From a virus, in IMG/VR virus record IMGVR_UViG_3300029267_001213, positions 1 through 64,000 of that record: a stretch of DNA of 64,000 nt; one strand, 5' to 3'. The notes beneath the pieces were generated by a model that was not told the DNA's origin, made no database searches, and saw nothing but the letters and a program-made list of their open reading frames with translations. Shown here one piece after another: positions 39,384 to 47,921 of this stretch. Numbering within the stretch: position 1 is the first letter of the stretch; the number at the start of each line of letters is the position of its first letter. The translations under genes and the position numbers were made by a program.

Positions 39384-41450
39384 ATGAATAAATTCGATTG
39401 GTACTTTGATCAGCTTGTTTCAGAGGGAGACTTGGACGATGCATTCGACAATGTAGAACAGGCGCTCTGGAACATTGCTGGAGATCAAGATTTCTCCGGC
39501 ATAAGCTCTGGCATTGTTGCACAGGAATGGACTTGGCCGTCATGGTCGATAGCTATTACAGCTCCGGGCACTGGAAACGATAAGCTCGGCAGACGATTGT
39601 TCCTTGATGCAGCTGCAGAAATTGATTGCTCTGAAGATGAAAACGGAACGAGCACGTCGGTGGGCGCAGGTAAGGAAAGATTCATTTCTGTATTTGCAGA
39701 ATATGATAGAGAGCTTTCCAATCCACAGACGGACGGCAATGGAGTTCCGGTTTATGCTACGGTAACGGAGAAGGTTAATTTCCGTGTAGTCATGGGTTCT
39801 GAAGTCACAGCGCCGGCCACGGATTCAGACAAACCGGCATTGGATTCTGAAGACATACTGGTTGCGGATATTAAAATCGACGAGAACACCGGATCCAACG
39901 GCATACAGAATGCGGATATTAATCCTCATAATGGGACCACTATTAAAAACAGGCGTGAGGATTTCATCAGAGATGAGGATGCAAATAAAGCGTGGTCTAC
40001 TACCAAGGAAGCACTGGCGGAGTTAATACAGCTTTACAGTTCGGGTGGTGGGTCTATTCCGGTGAACATAACTGAAGACTGGCATAATGCAGAATCTCTG
40101 AGTTCCGACAATGTGGAAGATGCTATTAATGAGATCATAAACGAGCTGGCGGATGACACTGGAGATACGGCATGTGGTGCTGACAGAATCGGGGCAGATG
40201 CAGAGACGGGTTCTCCTGATTCATTGTCTCAGGGCAGCATCAGAGATCAGCTGGAAGAACTTCTGGACATAGCAAATGCAAGAGTTAGAAAAGATATTGC
40301 GGATACCATTACTGCAAATCATACATTGACCAATGGCATTAAGTCAGAGGGCATAATTCAGCTGCTTACGGATGACGCTTTCCTGAAAGGTGCGGACGCT
40401 GGAGTGGGCGGCGAAGACAATGTGGTTCCATTAGTCAAGACTGCTACAAAAAGCAGTGCAACAGGTATCCAGTGGGGAGATGATTATGCCAGTATTATAG
40501 ATACTTTCAATTGCACATGGGATCAGTCGGGCGGTAAGTTTAAGAGAGAAACAGCATCATTTGATTCTTATGCGGTCATGGTCACGGTTCAGGGAATTGT
40601 ACTTGCATATAAAAGCAAACAGGATGCGGACCATGCGACCGGATGGGATAAGGGGATTATTGGTTCAGGTGGCTGGACGAATGCGTCAACCATTGCCAAC
40701 GGACCAGACGGCAAAGTTACCGAAGTAGGACTTTCGTCCGGTAAGTGGCTGGCTGTAAATTGCAAATGGGACCCGACATTATTTACTGGTGCTGGCGGCT
40801 GGGACATGATTGACGGTTCGGAAGATGCTTATGCCATAAAGACAGACGTGGTCGGATATGTTGTTTACTGGAAAGACCATAACAGACTTGATGGCGGTGG
40901 CAGTGGCAATGGCGTTTGGAAAGAAGATGATGTTGTTTTCGGAACTGGCACAGGATCGCCGGAACAGCAGTCATGGAACGGGACATGGTCGTGGGGCGGT
41001 CCTGCATCGTCGAGATCTGAAATGCTGTTTAGTTCTTCCGACGGACCGGAAGTACAGGAAACTCCAGCCGGAGGCGTGATAGTAAAACGCGGTCAGACGG
41101 TAAATCTCGGCAGTGTAACCTTATGGCAGAGCAGAGCGTTGGTCGCGGGCGAGGTAGCGATCATCGAAGCCAAGATCATAGGCATACAAGATGATAATTC
41201 TGAAGCAGCTGCATATTGGAAGGTAGGTTCTGTTTATCATAACGGAACCAATTTGGTATGGGTGTATGGCAGTGGTGATCAGGAGGTAGTGCCCGAGAAA
41301 GAATCTAGCGGTGCTTCTGGGTGGGATGCAAACATATCTTTAAGTTCTCCGGTTATCCGAATAATCGCACAAGGGAACACCGGTGATACAGTAAACTGGA
41401 AGGCCGAGATTAAGGTAACTATCAGACGCAGCAACGAGAGTTGTGCGTAA
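39384..41450 (+). CDS. Tail fibre protein
   Basis: Last large tail gene; Gly/Trp-rich C-terminal half with internal NCxWD duplication. Confidence 0.65.
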   Translation: MNKFDWYFDQLVSEGDLDDAFDNVEQALWNIAGDQDFSGISSGIVAQEWTWPSWSIAITAPGTGNDKLGRRLFLDAAAEIDCSEDENGTSTSVGAGKERFISVFAEYDRELSNPQTDGNGVPVYATVTEKVNFRVVMGSEVTAPATDSDKPALDSEDILVADIKIDENTGSNGIQNADINPHNGTTIKNRREDFIRDEDANKAWSTTKEALAELIQLYSSGGGSIPVNITEDWHNAESLSSDNVEDAINEIINELADDTGDTACGADRIGADAETGSPDSLSQGSIRDQLEELLDIANARVRKDIADTITANHTLTNGIKSEGIIQLLTDDAFLKGADAGVGGEDNVVPLVKTATKSSATGIQWGDDYASIIDTFNCTWDQSGGKFKRETASFDSYAVMVTVQGIVLAYKSKQDADHATGWDKGIIGSGGWTNASTIANGPDGKVTEVGLSSGKWLAVNCKWDPTLFTGAGGWDMIDGSEDAYAIKTDVVGYVVYWKDHNRLDGGGSGNGVWKEDDVVFGTGTGSPEQQSWNGTWSWGGPASSRSEMLFSSSDGPEVQETPAGGVIVKRGQTVNLGSVTLWQSRALVAGEVAIIEAKIIGIQDDNSEAAAYWKVGSVYHNGTNLVWVYGSGDQEVVPEKESSGASGWDANISLSSPVIRIIAQGNTGDTVNWKAEIKVTIRRSNESCA

Positions 41451-41460
41451 GGAGATAATA

Positions 41461-41694
41461 ATGTCGAAAAAAGAGAAAGAGCCGAAACGGATAAAGGTTG
41501 TGCTGGGTCTTGGTTCCCGTAATAAGAAAGACATACCAAGTGATCCGAGCATTCAGAAACTAATTACTGAGGATAAGGAAAGAAAAAAGTCTGAGGCTAA
41601 GGCAATTGAAAAGGTTCAGGTGGCTCGTGAAAAAAGAGCTGCTATAAAAACAGAACGAAAAAAGAAAGCTGAAAAGACTAAGACTGAAAAATAA
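41461..41694 (+). CDS. Small basic hypothetical protein
   Basis: AGGAG RBS; K/E-rich. Confidence 0.55.
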   Translation: MSKKEKEPKRIKVVLGLGSRNKKDIPSDPSIQKLITEDKERKKSEAKAIEKVQVAREKRAAIKTERKKKAEKTKTEK

Positions 41695-41825
41695 AAAACA
41701 GCCCGGCTAACCAGAGAGTGAATGATCAGCCGGGCTAAAAAGGGTAACGGAGTTAATATAGCAGAAAAAAAATTAATGTCTACTCTGGTTAATCAGAGTA
41801 CACTGAAGACACGGAGGAAAAAACG

Positions 41826-42134
41826 ATGGACTTTTTTGAAATACTTTTAAGCGTGAATTTCCTTTTACTGGCTGCAGGAGCCGGAGTAATTCTGGAGATA
41901 CTGAGAAAGGTTCTCCCTGATAAAATCGAAAAGCACAAAGTGTTTAAGATAATCCTTCCTTTACTGCCATTCATTCTGGCAACAGCCGGTTCTTTTATTC
42001 CGGGATTAAGCCCTGCGGAAAATCTGGCACAGTCGGTCGTGTTTGGATTACTGGCCGGCGCTTTGGCTGGATCTGTTTATCCGGCAGTTAAACGATTTAT
42101 TAAAATGTTCGTAAAGAATAAGGCAGCGGAATGA
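41826..42134 (+). CDS. Putative holin
   Basis: 102 aa, three hydrophobic helices, basic C-terminus. Confidence 0.7.
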   Translation: MDFFEILLSVNFLLLAAGAGVILEILRKVLPDKIEKHKVFKIILPLLPFILATAGSFIPGLSPAENLAQSVVFGLLAGALAGSVYPAVKRFIKMFVKNKAAE

Positions 42135-42454
42135 TTCCGTGGATTACAGTTCTTAAGATTGTCGGCGTGCTGGGCGGCGTGGCAATCCTGATAGCGGTCA
42201 TTAGGAATCTATGCAGACGATTCGGCTGGTTTGGTTCAGGTGGGAAAGTTACTGCGGACGATGCAAAAGAGGCATTGAAAATTCTGGAAGATGCCGTGGA
42301 GAAACATGATAAGGACAGGGACGCTATAAATTCCAGTCACACGGAAAAAAAGAAAGCTGCAAAAGCTGCCTTGGAGAAGATTCGTAATGAATCAAATAAA
42401 AAGAGTCTGGAAGATGTACTCAACAGGTCACATAAAATACGCCGCGGTCGTTAG
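42131..42454 (+). CDS. Membrane-anchored coiled-coil protein (i-spanin-like)
   Basis: N-terminal TM helix then charged helix; follows the holin. Confidence 0.45.
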   Translation: MIPWITVLKIVGVLGGVAILIAVIRNLCRRFGWFGSGGKVTADDAKEALKILEDAVEKHDKDRDAINSSHTEKKKAAKAALEKIRNESNKKSLEDVLNRSHKIRRGR

Positions 42455-42959
42455 TTGTTTCATAGCGATTATTCTGGCGGCACAGAATTCATATGCGGAT
42501 GACCAGTGCAAGGTGCAGGACTACGAGTCGGACAGAGAGCCGGATTTCAAGTGTCCTTCTCCGGGCGAACTGGAATTGCTCGGACATGTAGACCTCGAGC
42601 GTCCTGTTGTTTTGAAGGAAGGCGATATTGCTCCATATGAAGGAGCCTTATATACGAAGGCGGCGATCATCGAAACAGATTTGCAGATAATGGCACTGCG
42701 GCAGTTACGATGGCTGGACGGATGGAAAAGGCGACGGCTTCATCTGGCGGATACTGAGCTACGCAGATCAATGCACGATGCCAAGCTGGTTATAGCGGAA
42801 GCGGAAATACTTTCACTGAAACAGGAGAACAGCAGGTTGAGCGAGGAGGCGGAAGTGCAATGGTATGAGGAGCCGGTATTATGGCTGGCGGTGGGCACGG
42901 TTATTGGCGCGGTTCTCGGTGGGGGAATCGGTTACGGATATTCTCTGATTTCACGTTAA
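42387..42959 (+). CDS. Exported / membrane protein (spanin-like partner)
   Basis: Signal-like N-terminus, coiled coil, C-terminal TM; overlaps the upstream gene; exact start uncertain. Confidence 0.45.
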   Translation: MNQIKRVWKMYSTGHIKYAAVVSCFIAIILAAQNSYADDQCKVQDYESDREPDFKCPSPGELELLGHVDLERPVVLKEGDIAPYEGALYTKAAIIETDLQIMALRQLRWLDGWKRRRLHLADTELRRSMHDAKLVIAEAEILSLKQENSRLSEEAEVQWYEEPVLWLAVGTVIGAVLGGGIGYGYSLISR

Positions 42960-42999
42960 AAAACACGGAAAAACCAAGGAAATAGCGGCATTTATTCCG

Positions 43000-43024
43000 T
43001 AACTATGCGGAATCATTAGGGAAC
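43000..43024 (+). promoter_or_regulatory. 25-bp motif copy (TAnC-N5-GRAATCATTA-NN-GAAC)
   Basis: Matches two inverted copies at 51828-51852 and 51892-51916. Confidence 0.5.
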
Positions 43025-43050
43025 TTTCTGTCTTTTTATGTCGATTTTCC

Positions 43051-43080
43051 TTGATACCAATATAGAATATAATTTATACT
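43051..43080 (+). promoter_or_regulatory. Sigma70-like promoter of the small-gene block
   Basis: TTGATA-N18-TATACT, 21 nt before ATG 43102. Confidence 0.6.
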
Positions 43081-43101
43081 TAAAATAAAGGAGGCAGCAC
43101 G

Positions 43102-43479
43102 ATGAAACTAATAAATAAAAAACACTACATTAACAAGGACGCGGCAATTGGGAAACTGAAGAAGGACCTGATGTCTCTTTTATTCGTGAATCCATTTTGC
43201 AGATTGGAAGCAAAATTCACGAGAGACGGCTGGCGGTGCGTGGTTGTTGAAAAAGGCAACGTTATAAAGCGCCCAAGAATTGAGACTGTCGAAGCACTTG
43301 CAAGAGCCGGTTACCTGAAGGCGGACAGGCTGGACCCGGATAAAAAGAAATCTTATCTGTACAATCCGACGGAAAAACTTTTCCGGAAAGTTCTCAAACT
43401 TCAGCACAAGGCAGCGGGCCCGGCGGATGTGTTCGATGCAATGATGAGGAGGTCAGCGACTTTTAATCTGTATGCTTAA
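43102..43479 (+). CDS. Hypothetical basic protein
   Basis: AAGGAGG RBS; first gene after the promoter. Confidence 0.7.
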   Translation: MKLINKKHYINKDAAIGKLKKDLMSLLFVNPFCRLEAKFTRDGWRCVVVEKGNVIKRPRIETVEALARAGYLKADRLDPDKKKSYLYNPTEKLFRKVLKLQHKAAGPADVFDAMMRRSATFNLYA

Positions 43480-43527
43480 TCAATGATGACTGCCTATCGG
43501 CAACGGTAGGCAGAGATGATTGATTAA
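43476..43527 (+). other. RNase III-type hairpin 1
   Basis: 9 bp stem, 5x5 internal loop, 10 bp stem, GCAA tetraloop. Confidence 0.6.
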
Positions 43528-43719
43528 TCACTGTTCTTTGAAATGCGAATCGGAACGAAGACATCAGCTTCCAAGAAAAATGTCCCGTTCCACTTTTAAC
43601 AATTCTTGGCGAGTATCAAAGCGGCCAGAAAAACTGAGGCAAAAAGTAAGACCTCTTAAACAAATCCTTACCGGATGGCGGCGATACTTTTCCTAGCCGA
43701 CAGGCAAAACGGAAAGCCA
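43528..43719 (+). ncRNA. Putative structured ncRNA with two pseudoknots
   Basis: Several complementary segments in an ORF-free region between two RNase III-like hairpins. Confidence 0.45.
43532..43543 (+). promoter_or_regulatory. boxA-like antitermination element
   Basis: TGTTCTTTGAAA versus the rrn boxA consensus TGCTCTTTAACA. Confidence 0.55.
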
Positions 43720-43778
43720 GCTTAATTGTTGTTAGAGTGCATCATTGGTAGATGGTGCACTCAATAGAATGATTAAGC
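43720..43778 (+). other. RNase III-type hairpin 2
   Basis: 11 bp stem, 4x5 internal loop, 12 bp stem, 4-nt loop; G-U pairs fix the + strand. Confidence 0.6.
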
Positions 43779-43804
43779 GAGCAAAAAAAAACGTCCACCA
43801 CCAG
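43778..43804 (+). repeat. CGTCCACCACC(AG) dispersed repeat, copy 1
   Basis: Also at 47688-47705 and 59498-59528. Confidence 0.7.
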
Positions 43805-43839
43805 ATCATAAAAAACAGATTAAAAAAAAGGAGGCGACC

Positions 43840-44235
43840 ATGAATAGGAAAGAAAAGAATCAAGGCATGAATTGGGTTAGGCAGTCAACAAGGTTGGCTA
43901 TCTATCTCAGAGACGGACTTGCTTGTGCGTATTGCGGCGACTCATTGGAACAAGGCGCACAGCTCACGTTGGATCATTTGAAGCCGCATTCGAAAGGCGG
44001 AACGAATGAGGCGAAGAATTTAGTAACGTGTTGCCATAGGTGCAACAGTGCACGCGGCAACAGGCCGGTGAAAACATTTTGCAAGACGGTAGCCGAGTAT
44101 CTTAATCACGATGCGGATCCGGATGAGATTCTCAAGCATGTCAGGCGGACAGCTCGCAGGCAGTTACCACGGAAGGAAGCACGCAAGCTGATAAAGCGCA
44201 GAGGTTCCGTGGCGAGAGTACTGGCGAGAATGTAA
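43840..44235 (+). CDS. HNH endonuclease
   Basis: RDGLACAYCG, TLDHLKPHSKGG, NLVTCCHRCNSARG. Confidence 0.92.
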   Translation: MNRKEKNQGMNWVRQSTRLAIYLRDGLACAYCGDSLEQGAQLTLDHLKPHSKGGTNEAKNLVTCCHRCNSARGNRPVKTFCKTVAEYLNHDADPDEILKHVRRTARRQLPRKEARKLIKRRGSVARVLARM

Positions 44236-44274
44236 GCGAATAAAAAAATGTAAACCATAAAAAGGAGGCGAGTT

Positions 44275-44628
44275 ATGAGAATTAATTACACATGCAAAAA
44301 ATGCGGTCAGATAATTCCGAAGAAAGATATTGATGAATTTCAGGATGGATTGAAATGCGGCGGTGATCCTGAATGGGATTGTATTCCTGCATGGTGTGGT
44401 GATTGTGCTGAAAAATGTTCGGCTGGCTCGGCAGAGCCGTATGATGAAATACAGGAAAAGAATCCTGTAAAATCATATTTGGCGGACATCAAATACAATG
44501 TAGATTTACTTCTGGCAGATAAGGATTTCATGGAAAACTTTGAAGACAGCGAGCATGTTGTTACGGAACTGGAGAAGGCCAGAAAGATACTTTGCAATGT
44601 ATGGGATTACATTGGTGAGAGAAAATAA
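44275..44628 (+). CDS. Hypothetical protein with N-terminal Zn-binding motif
   Basis: CKKCG...CGDC; AAAAGGAGGCG RBS. Confidence 0.7.
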   Translation: MRINYTCKKCGQIIPKKDIDEFQDGLKCGGDPEWDCIPAWCGDCAEKCSAGSAEPYDEIQEKNPVKSYLADIKYNVDLLLADKDFMENFEDSEHVVTELEKARKILCNVWDYIGERK

Positions 44629-44642
44629 AGGAGATCAGAACA

Positions 44643-44837
44643 ATGAAAAAAGCAATAAAGAAAATAAAAGTTAATTCAATGGGTGAGGCGCACAAAATAG
44701 CAATGGCGGTTGCTTTTAATTCTGGCAGGACAATCGAGGCCAGAGAAATGTTCGGCTGCTTTTTAATAATAAAAAATTCAGAGACTGTTTTGGCCATAGT
44801 TGGGGTTGGTCAAAAAAGTAAAGGAGATGTACAATGA
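44643..44837 (+). CDS. Hypothetical protein
   Basis: AAGGAG RBS. Confidence 0.55.
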   Translation: MKKAIKKIKVNSMGEAHKIAMAVAFNSGRTIEAREMFGCFLIIKNSETVLAIVGVGQKSKGDVQ

Positions 44838-45067
44838 GTAAAATAGAAACCGACAGAAGAGAAATACTGGACGCTATTCATGCATTGGAATACGCAAATG
44901 AAAACGATTATGCATTGGATGGCATTACAGACGAAGATGTAAAAAATTTCAGAGCTGTAGGCGGGGCAATATTTGAACTGAGAAAAAATTCTGCTGTTCG
45001 GAATTTATGCAGGAGCTTGAATCTCAGCATGGAAGACGTTCTGAACATTGCCATAAGATTTATGTGA
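44834..45067 (+). CDS. Hypothetical protein (paralogue of the 47312 N-terminus)
   Basis: NENDY...GITD...LNLS shared. Confidence 0.7.
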   Translation: MSKIETDRREILDAIHALEYANENDYALDGITDEDVKNFRAVGGAIFELRKNSAVRNLCRSLNLSMEDVLNIAIRFM

Positions 45068-45075
45068 GCGATGCA

Positions 45076-45255
45076 ATGACAAACAGGAAAGGTAAAATAA
45101 GGAAAGTAAAAATAACCAATCAAAGGCGAGCGAAGTGTTTCTACTGCAAGCGCACGGAACCAAGCTCAAAACGACTTCGAGAATTTGAAGCAATGCCGGA
45201 CGAAGAATTCGACAGATTTTATTGCGGATGCCGGGATCCTGTTTCTAGACGATAA
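45076..45255 (+). CDS. Small Cys-containing hypothetical protein
   Basis: AKCFYC...FYCGC; start uncertain. Confidence 0.5.
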   Translation: MTNRKGKIRKVKITNQRRAKCFYCKRTEPSSKRLREFEAMPDEEFDRFYCGCRDPVSRR

Positions 45256-45283
45256 CCTTTTTTCAATCAGAAATAATTTTATA

Positions 45284-45347
45284 GCCAAGCGAAAGCCGGA
45301 ACATTGTTTCCGGCTTGTCGGAGTGTGGCGACTCCGGCCTGATGAGC
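45284..45347 (+). ncRNA. Type II hammerhead ribozyme
   Basis: GC-GAAA, stem III (GCCGGAA/TTCCGGC), UU, stem I (GTCGGAGT/ACTCCGGC), CTGATGA-GC; complete core in an intergenic region. Confidence 0.88.
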
Positions 45348-45369
45348 AGCCGAAAAAAAGAGGTGAGCT

Positions 45370-45573
45370 ATGAAAAACAAAAAGGCGAAAAAGAAACTGA
45401 ATGAGGCGGAACGAGAGTACAGCAAAGTACTTCGGACATATTCCGATACGATGCTGGCCGAAACGATTGAGACGCTTGTGAGAGAGCACAAGAATCTCAG
45501 GATGAAAAAGACCATGGCAATTCATGAAGCACAGCGGCGTGGTTTTGCTGGCATTTGCCAGTCAAAAAAATAG
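45370..45573 (+). CDS. Hypothetical protein
   Basis: AAGAGGTGA RBS. Confidence 0.6.
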   Translation: MKNKKAKKKLNEAEREYSKVLRTYSDTMLAETIETLVREHKNLRMKKTMAIHEAQRRGFAGICQSKK

Positions 45574-45582
45574 GAGGCGAAA

Positions 45583-45852
45583 ATGAAGGGCAAAATTAAA
45601 ATCGAATCGTTGAAGCGGTTCTTAGCAGTGAAGGTGGACGAGGCAACGTTACAATCGGATGAGTATCGCAAAAAGGGCGAACACAAGGCGGCAGATATAG
45701 CGCATGGCCGGACGGATGCTTATGTGTATTTGTTCGATTTGTTTTTAAGAATTGATGATGCTGAGAATCCGGACAGTGATTTGAATCATCGAGTGCAGAC
45801 AATATCTGCACAGATAAGGAGATTACAAAATGAAAAAGCGAAAGGGATCTAA
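45583..45852 (+). CDS. Hypothetical protein
   Basis: AGGAGGCG RBS. Confidence 0.65.
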   Translation: MKGKIKIESLKRFLAVKVDEATLQSDEYRKKGEHKAADIAHGRTDAYVYLFDLFLRIDDAENPDSDLNHRVQTISAQIRRLQNEKAKGI

Positions 45853-45921
45853 TAAACCGAAGCCGATTAGCAATGAGGACGTCAAACATTGGGCGTAGCC
45901 AAATAAAAAAGAGGGTGAATC

Positions 45922-46398
45922 ATGAACATTATTAAAAAGAACAGCGGTCACAAAATAGCAATGGTCAGCCATGCGAGAGCTTGTCAGAATAAAAATAATT
46001 ATGAAGATGAAAATCTTCCAAAGGACAAGGCTACTCTGGTATTTTTCCTTATGAGAAAATGGCTGGAGATTGGAAATAAAAATGCATGGATCAGAGAGAG
46101 TATGGATCCTCCATTCAATGTGGAATCATTTTGCCCGTGTTTGTCCAGAGAAGACCTTCAAGAAAAATTCGAACATGGGAACTGGTGTCTCGGTCAGGCG
46201 TTTTATTACCTGAAGGATGGCAAGGGTTATTGCTTTATCAATCAGATCAACGGCGGTGATGAATGGCTGGTTATCAGAAACTGTATTCAGTTTGAAAGTG
46301 TGACCATGGCGGCTGTAATACGGGACGGAAAATTTGAGGACTTTCTTGACCGGATCGAAAAGGCTACAGACAGCCAGTTAGCAAGACTGGAATACTAA
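45922..46398 (+). CDS. Hypothetical protein
   Basis: RBS; HGNWCLGQAF...CFINQINGGDEWLVI looks like a conserved motif. Confidence 0.7.
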   Translation: MNIIKKNSGHKIAMVSHARACQNKNNYEDENLPKDKATLVFFLMRKWLEIGNKNAWIRESMDPPFNVESFCPCLSREDLQEKFEHGNWCLGQAFYYLKDGKGYCFINQINGGDEWLVIRNCIQFESVTMAAVIRDGKFEDFLDRIEKATDSQLARLEY

Positions 46399-46408
46399 GG
46401 AGAGGACA

Positions 46409-46639
46409 ATGCCAAAGAAACAGAACAAGGAAAAGAAAATTCGGGAACTGGACAAAGAGATAAGAAAGACATTCCGTGAAATTTCGGACATCGGTTACGA
46501 GCTTTTCGATCTCTCAGGCGTAACATGGCAGGAGCAGGAGATACTTGAAGAACGGTTTAAGGACCTGCATGTAAAAAAGAACCGGTTAGTCAGAAAGTTC
46601 AAGCGTCTTACCGGGGAGGGAAAATACGATGCCTTATAA
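46409..46639 (+). CDS. Hypothetical coiled-coil protein
   Basis: GGAGAGG RBS. Confidence 0.6.
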   Translation: MPKKQNKEKKIRELDKEIRKTFREISDIGYELFDLSGVTWQEQEILEERFKDLHVKKNRLVRKFKRLTGEGKYDAL

Positions 46640-47120
46640 AATTGAATGGAACGGCGGAGATTATAGCAACGTGGAACACGGAAGGTTTTATTGGGATGGC
46701 GAGTGCGGTCCATGCGGAAGGCCATCTGTAAAACGCAAAGGAGGGGTGAATAAAAATATACCGATTGTGGTTGATGCGTTTCTGGATTGCAGAGGGTATT
46801 CTCCGCAGTTGATCAGGATGCAGGGGTTATCTTTCATTGCTGGTGAGATTGTAGCGAAAGCATTGCACGACAGAATATCTTTCCTGCGGTGCAGTCATCC
46901 GGCAATAGGTTATGGTCCCGGCGGCAAGAAAACATACTTCTTGGTTCATCCCGGATTGATTGATCGTTTTATGACAGTATCCGGCTGGGGTGGTCGTAAT
47001 GACAAGGAGAAGGGTCGGTCGGATGCCATAGGCGAAGTGGCATTGGCGATGATAGATTTAATTCCTTCGGCGGATGAATGCGAAAAGATGGCAGCCAGCA
47101 TCAAGGAGAAAGCAAAATAA
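46629..47120 (+). CDS. Hypothetical protein
   Basis: GGAGG RBS; coupled to the upstream gene. Confidence 0.6.
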   Translation: MPYKIEWNGGDYSNVEHGRFYWDGECGPCGRPSVKRKGGVNKNIPIVVDAFLDCRGYSPQLIRMQGLSFIAGEIVAKALHDRISFLRCSHPAIGYGPGGKKTYFLVHPGLIDRFMTVSGWGGRNDKEKGRSDAIGEVALAMIDLIPSADECEKMAASIKEKAK

Positions 47121-47133
47121 AGAGAGGTAAGCA

Positions 47134-47319
47134 ATGGCTAAGAAATATTATCAGGTCACTTTGACAGTGACGGTCGAAGAAAATGATCTTATCGAATCAG
47201 AACTGGATGTTGAAGGATGGATATGGAATCAGCTTCATGAAGAGAATGAGTATATGGAACTTAATGCTATTAATGCAACAGAACATGTAAACCTTAAAAA
47301 GGAGGCGGGCTATGAATGA
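47134..47319 (+). CDS. Small acidic hypothetical protein
   Basis: GAGGT RBS. Confidence 0.6.
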   Translation: MAKKYYQVTLTVTVEENDLIESELDVEGWIWNQLHEENEYMELNAINATEHVNLKKEAGYE

Positions 47320-47680
47320 CATAAGAAAGAAACTGATGGACATGGACCGGGAAAAAATTTACAGCGCGATTCTAAAGCACGATTCAGAAAACGAGAATGA
47401 TTATACTCGGGAGGGAATAACAGACCGAGAGGTGAGGATGTTTCGCATAATAGGAATGCGCGGGATGGATGCCTTGTGGGTTGACGTAAAAGATTTGGCG
47501 AAGATGTTGAATCTGTCCGGCGAGACAGTCATGTCTATAGCGGAAGAATATTTTTCAATCTGCGAAAACTGCGGCAAGCGTATTACGGAATATGATATTA
47601 AAGTTTATCGGGACGGTGTAAATCATCCGGATGGCATTCCGTCATATTGTGCAGATTGCGCGGAATTAGAATCAGCATAA
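47312..47680 (+). CDS. Two-domain hypothetical protein (44834-like plus 44275-like Zn domain)
   Basis: Internal paralogy visible in the translations. Confidence 0.7.
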   Translation: MNDIRKKLMDMDREKIYSAILKHDSENENDYTREGITDREVRMFRIIGMRGMDALWVDVKDLAKMLNLSGETVMSIAEEYFSICENCGKRITEYDIKVYRDGVNHPDGIPSYCADCAELESA

Positions 47681-47723
47681 ATAAAACCGTCCACCACCAG
47701 CCCCATAAAAAAGGAGAGGCAAT

Positions 47724-47921
47724 ATGGATTACAAAACAAGAACAACATTAACAGAAAACAATGAAGGCAAATGGACGGTATCTGTTCAGGCATATGATAA
47801 GACCGTCTGGACAGGCGGGTATTATCATTCTTTTGGTGAGGCTTGTGCAGCTGCCGAGCGTGCAATAGGCGACGTTTATCAAATGATTGCAAGGCGCGAA
47901 GGAGGAGAAAAAAAATGTTGA
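47724..47921 (+). CDS. Hypothetical protein
   Basis: AAGGAGAGG RBS. Confidence 0.6.
   Translation: MDYKTRTTLTENNEGKWTVSVQAYDKTVWTGGYYHSFGEACAAAERAIGDVYQMIARREGGEKKC

Noticed and set aside
39384-41450. Diversity-generating retroelement or fibre invertase system
   Set aside because: No reverse transcriptase, invertase or template/variable repeat pair seen in the window
43635-43720. preQ1-I or c-di-GMP-I riboswitch, or pistol ribozyme
   Set aside because: Only superficial resemblance (GAGG/CCTC stem, GGCAAAAC); the conserved ligand-binding or catalytic nucleotides and helices are missing
43528-44235. HEARO/IscB RNA-guided system
   Set aside because: The HNH protein is 131 aa with no RuvC or PLMP domains; the RNA-HNH link is kept only as one hypothesis
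45889-45903. tRNA 5'-end-like TGGGCGTAGCCAA (11-mer also at 51479)
   Set aside because: No anticodon arm, T arm or acceptor stem follows; 11-mer repeats are expected by chance in 64 kb
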